DNA of 63,292 nucleotides, the filler included, from Hyphochytrium catenoides (lineage: Eukaryota; Protista; Hyphochytriomycota), in the NCBI GenBank assembly GCA_900088475.1. It is 16 parts of 16 records of this genome, joined end to end, with 100 filler letters (N's around TTAATTAATTAA, not from the genome) between each part and the next. Parts side by side here need not be neighbours in the genome. Positions count along the whole stretch, not along the records: positions 58,420 to 62,138 come from FLMG01001207.1; positions 62,239 to 63,292 come from FLMG01001073.1; 14 more parts are not named here. One strand, written 5' to 3'. Numbering within the stretch: position 1 is the first letter of the stretch; every line of letters begins with the position of its first letter. Shown piece after piece: positions 59,444 to 63,292 of the stretch. A program made the position numbers and the translations under genes. The notes below the pieces were generated by a model. That model did not search any database. It saw nothing but the letters and a program-made list of their open reading frames with translations, and had not been told where the DNA came from.

Positions 59444-61024
59444 ATGGCTGAGATATGGGGCTCGCTCGTGCGACTCGGTAAGAAAGAATGGTCTCCTCCA
59501 TCAATGCTTGTCCTCCTGTCGACGGCGCTAGATAGGAGGCTTGGTTGTTGTCTCTCTTCTCACCCCAACGCTCCCACATCTAGAAAGTCTTTGTAGAACT
59601 CGATATGTTCCTTCTACTTCTCCTGCCATTCTCCACTATTTATTATCACTTTTTACGCAGACAGGTATATGCCAATGACTCTCTTCCGCCTTTGTCTCCC
59701 TTCCTTCTCGCCTTGTCTTTCCGACTAACGTTATAATCTGTCAAGGACCTAATGGGAAGGCAGTCCACCAGGATCTGCTCTATAAGGAGGAAGTATTAGT
59801 TGGAAGAGAGCGTCACTCTGCTGATGTCCACATCCCAGAACGCTACGTTTCTTCCAGGCACTTCACTCTCCGCCGCAATAGGTGCCATGCTCTCCTTCGT
59901 CCTCCTTCGGACGTCTTCGTTTCTCTTTCTTTCTCTCTCACTCACGTGCTCTCTTTCTCTGGATAACCCTTCCCACTTATTTGTACCTTTCCCTGGTAGG
60001 CTGGACGGCAGGTTGGAGCTTCAGGATCATAGCAGGAATGGGACCCTAGTCAACGGGAACTTGCTGAAAAGAGCTACAGTCCTTCTTTCCCAGGGCTGTG
60101 AGCTATCGTTTCCACCTACAAAGGGAGAACAGCAGCCCTTGAGGCTGAAGCTCTGTCTGGGTAGGAGGCGAGCGAGACCTAGCAATGGGGAGACTGGAAA
60201 GGAGACAGAAACTCATCCTGACGGTAGGAATGGTCCGCCTCGATCCATCCTCCCTCTCCTCTATGTTCCCGTTAAAACCCATCCTGTCTCGCTAGGATGA
60301 GCCTTAAATCCTTGACGCTTTGTTGCTCCAAGCAGACTTGCAGAAACAGCCTGACCAGGAGTTACCGTTGACCTCGGACACGGTGGATAGAAGTGATGGG
60401 CTACGGCGAATGGAAGCAAGTGAACTCTCCTCGGCACCACAGGCCAGCTGCACCATCTCGCCCCGTACCCCTGAACTCCTCCTGCGCGACCTCAGTCCTG
60501 GCGTTGGCCGCCCTCTATCCACTCTCCAGGAGCTAGCTATCAACACTCTAGCAAGACACATTGACAAGGTCTGCGAGCTGAAAGCCACACCTCTTTGTAC
60601 TATGGGACCTCAGTAGTGCTTTCCTGGGTGTCCCTCGCAGACCGTTCTTCCCTGTGTGGAAATTCTGCTAGACTTGCTCTCTTCCTCTGTCTCTGTCTCA
60701 GTCTCTTGCTCTGCTCACTCTTCTGCACTAATCGAAGAATGTGGTCAATAGCTGAGCTATCTGGGCCCCGTGCCCAGCGATATTTATATAGCGATCGTTG
60801 CCAAGGCTGGGCCCCGGGCCACGCCCGAGGTAATCGGAGCGATAGAGGATCTAAATCCGGTTAGTACGACGAATATGAGTCTTCCTTGCTAGCTGTTTTT
60901 CTCTACGCGACTGTTTTCGATTTAGCCTCTCTGTGTCTTTCGTTTAGCGTGGGGCTTATAAAGCGAGTGTGGAGAGCGGTTGGAAGATGAAAGTTAGCAC
61001 GCTTACCGATCTTCTCTCTCTCGT

Positions 61025-61107
<83 letters not shown>

Positions 61108-62128
61108 TTTGAATTCTTTAGCTGCCTTGGTGTCGCTTGTGTCTCTAACGACTCCTAAATTGTACATGCTACAATCCTATGCAGCACCTAGTGACGAAAG
61201 AGACAGATATTTATTGGAAACATCGGGTTGGTAAGTTCGCGAGCTCTTCCTGGCATCATACCACTGACGGGCCAACGTAAGACATGGAGTATGACTGACG
61301 ATTTATCGATTTCTTAATCTTTCTGCGTATAGAGGCCGAGTTTCCCAAGCGCCAGATAACTGCCCCTGAATGTGAGATCATCCACGTCCTGCTGGGCTAC
61401 AAGGAGGTAAGAGCTTAGAAGAGAGAGGTTGAGAGCAAACAGAGGAAAGATCAACGAGAGAAAGACACTCTAACCTTTTTCACTGTCAGCAGGAACTGGA
61501 AAAGCATCTAGCGGAGAACGAAGTCCATGATCACGAGTTCATTGTCTCTGTTCTTGAGGTAAAGCGAGAGCCTAATTTTCCGCTGCGCTCTCTTTTGCCC
61601 CTAAAGATAGCTCTACCGGTAGCATAAGAGACTCAAAGTCTACCTTATGTAGGTGCTAAGGGAGCTTCCGATCACACTTCACAGCTTAGAGGAGACTGGC
61701 ATGGGAAGAGTGGTGGGGAGGCTGCGCAAGCTCAAGGCGAACAGGATAAGAAGGCAAGGTGGATGATAGAGTCTGCCAGAGAGAACAAGAGAGAGAGAGA
61801 GAGAGAGGGAGACAAAAAGTAAAGGAAAGAAACAGATATGGAGCGGAGGGAGAAGAGAAAGAGGATATGTCTCCTTATGTTACCGTTACCACTGGCAGGG
61901 TGGCCTGTGACTTGATCAGTGAGTGGAAACTCCTTCTTACTGCTTCATTGAGGAGGAACGAAGGTGCGAAAGCCATTCAGCGCTCCGTTCTTATCCCTTG
62001 TCCACTCTGGCTAACCGAACTCTACCGTCAATCTGTGATCAGAGTCTGAAGCAGCTGCTCATCGCCGAGCTGCCTTCAGGAGAGATCGGATGCCAGAGTA
62101 CATCACAAGCTGGAGGGACCTTTATGAG
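59444..62128 (+). CDS. FHA + Elongin A-like (BC-box) protein with an inserted TFIIS-N/LW domain, 3'-truncated by gap
   Basis: MAEIWGSLVRL; FHA VLVGR..SSRH..QDHSRNGTLVNG; STLQELAINTLARHIDK|LSYLGPVP...IEDLNP|HLVTKETDIYWKHR; LPITLHSLEETGMGRVVGRLRK...ACDLISEWK; TSWRDLYE. Confidence 0.75.
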
Positions 62129-62513
62129 GTGAGAGGTTNNNNNNNNNNNNNNNNNNNNNNNNNNNNNNNNNNNNNNNNNNNNTTAATTAATTAANNNNNN
62201 NNNNNNNNNNNNNNNNNNNNNNNNNNNNNNNNNNNNNNTTCCCGTGGCTCCATCAGGTAAGAGACAAGTGCTTTTTCTTTTCGTGGTGACGAGGGACTTC
62301 TTGGGGCGTTGAAGAGACATCTGAAATCCGTGTTGGTGCACCTCATATAGCTCTGGGAGCTAGCTACTAATCTCTTTAGTGCCTGTTCTGTCCTTTGGCT
62401 GGCGGCACCATGAAATTTGTTTTAGTTCTCCTTCGCAGAAGTAGCGTCAAGCAATCGTTCTACTTCTCTACTCGGTTACTCCTCACTCTTACCTTCCTTT
62501 CTTTCGTTCACAG

Positions 62514-63265
62514 GTCCTCCTATTAGTGAACATCCAGAATATGCTAAATATTTCAAGTTGAAGAGGATGGGAATGCCAGAGGAACAGATCAAGCTTAAGA
62601 TGCGGTCAGAGGGAGCAAACCCAGACCTCCTAGACACTCCGGGTAAGGTTGGCTCTCTTTGATGCGGCTGTCCTCGTAATGCAGATGCCCTGGGTTATGG
62701 CTTGCAGTGTAGGGGACATATAACGCACCGTGATGCGAGATCTGTCTTTGTCCTAGGCACACATTTATTCTGATCCCCTGCTAGTTCCTAGGGGTCTCCT
62801 TAGCTCATGTACATTAAAGTAACTCTATCTGTTACCGGGGAGGATTGGCACATTCAAGGCATCTTAGCTCTTTTACCTTCTCCCTACTTCTTGCCGTTTT
62901 CCATGCAGATGCCCCTGCCTCCTTAGCAGACGGAGGATTGCCCACAGAAACGGCTGTAGTTCCAGTTCCACCTTCTCTTCCTCCCGCCCCTACCGAGGGT
63001 GATGGGCAGCTCGTCGTCATACCAGAGGCTGCTCTTCCCCCTCCACCTCCATCTCTTCCCCCGTCAATACTGCCGGAGGAAACATCAGTGCCACAAGTGC
63101 CGCCACCTCCTCCCCCTCCTCCTCTAACTAATGAGGAGACCACCACTCTCCCTCCTCCACCACCTCCACCTATACTTCCTCCAGCTCCAAGCCCCTCGCC
63201 AGCGACACAACCTAGTGGAGAAGAGGATCAGGGAGAGAGTCCTGAAGTTAGACAAGAGGATGAAG
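62514..63265 (+). CDS. CCDC53/WASHC3-motif plus poly-proline protein (formin/WASH-like actin regulator), partial
   Basis: Exon 62514-62642 HPEYAKYFKLKRMGMPEEQIKLKMRSEGANPDLLDTP; exon 62909-63265 with PPPPPP tracts. Confidence 0.75.
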
Positions 63266-63292
63266 GTACATATGCTTTCTTTTCTATGAAAT

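Overview
Eukaryotic, intron-containing draft genome window, probably a stramenopile or 'pseudofungal' protist (inference from GH72, WRKY19-like zinc fingers, CCDC53-repeat protein and Ariadne tail). It is rich in (CT/GA)n microsatellites and is broken into about 16 contigs joined by artificial ~100-nt N-TTAATTAATTAA-N linkers, so adjacency across linkers is unreliable. The first contig (1-19412) is an accessory island. It holds an intact hAT transposon (762-4854; 18-bp TIRs, perfect 8-bp TSD TCCAGGAG, 868-aa transposase) inserted into a decayed, intronless, virus-like segment with a Polinton/virophage-type rve integrase pseudogene. Next come two frameshifted Cys-rich secreted-protein genes and a membrane LRR receptor-like gene built from six symmetric 63-bp exons, one LRR per exon, with a perfect 71-bp inverted copy of exon 1 upstream. 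The rest holds a GH72 GPI glucanosyltransferase, a GON4L/DUO3-like Myb gene, Hsp101/ClpB, RPS13 (with a highly structured intron), an Ariadne E3 ligase tail, MULE- and CACTA-like relics, an unusual FHA + Elongin A protein with a TFIIS-N/LW domain inserted, and a CCDC53/poly-Pro protein. All calls come from manual reading; no database searches were run.
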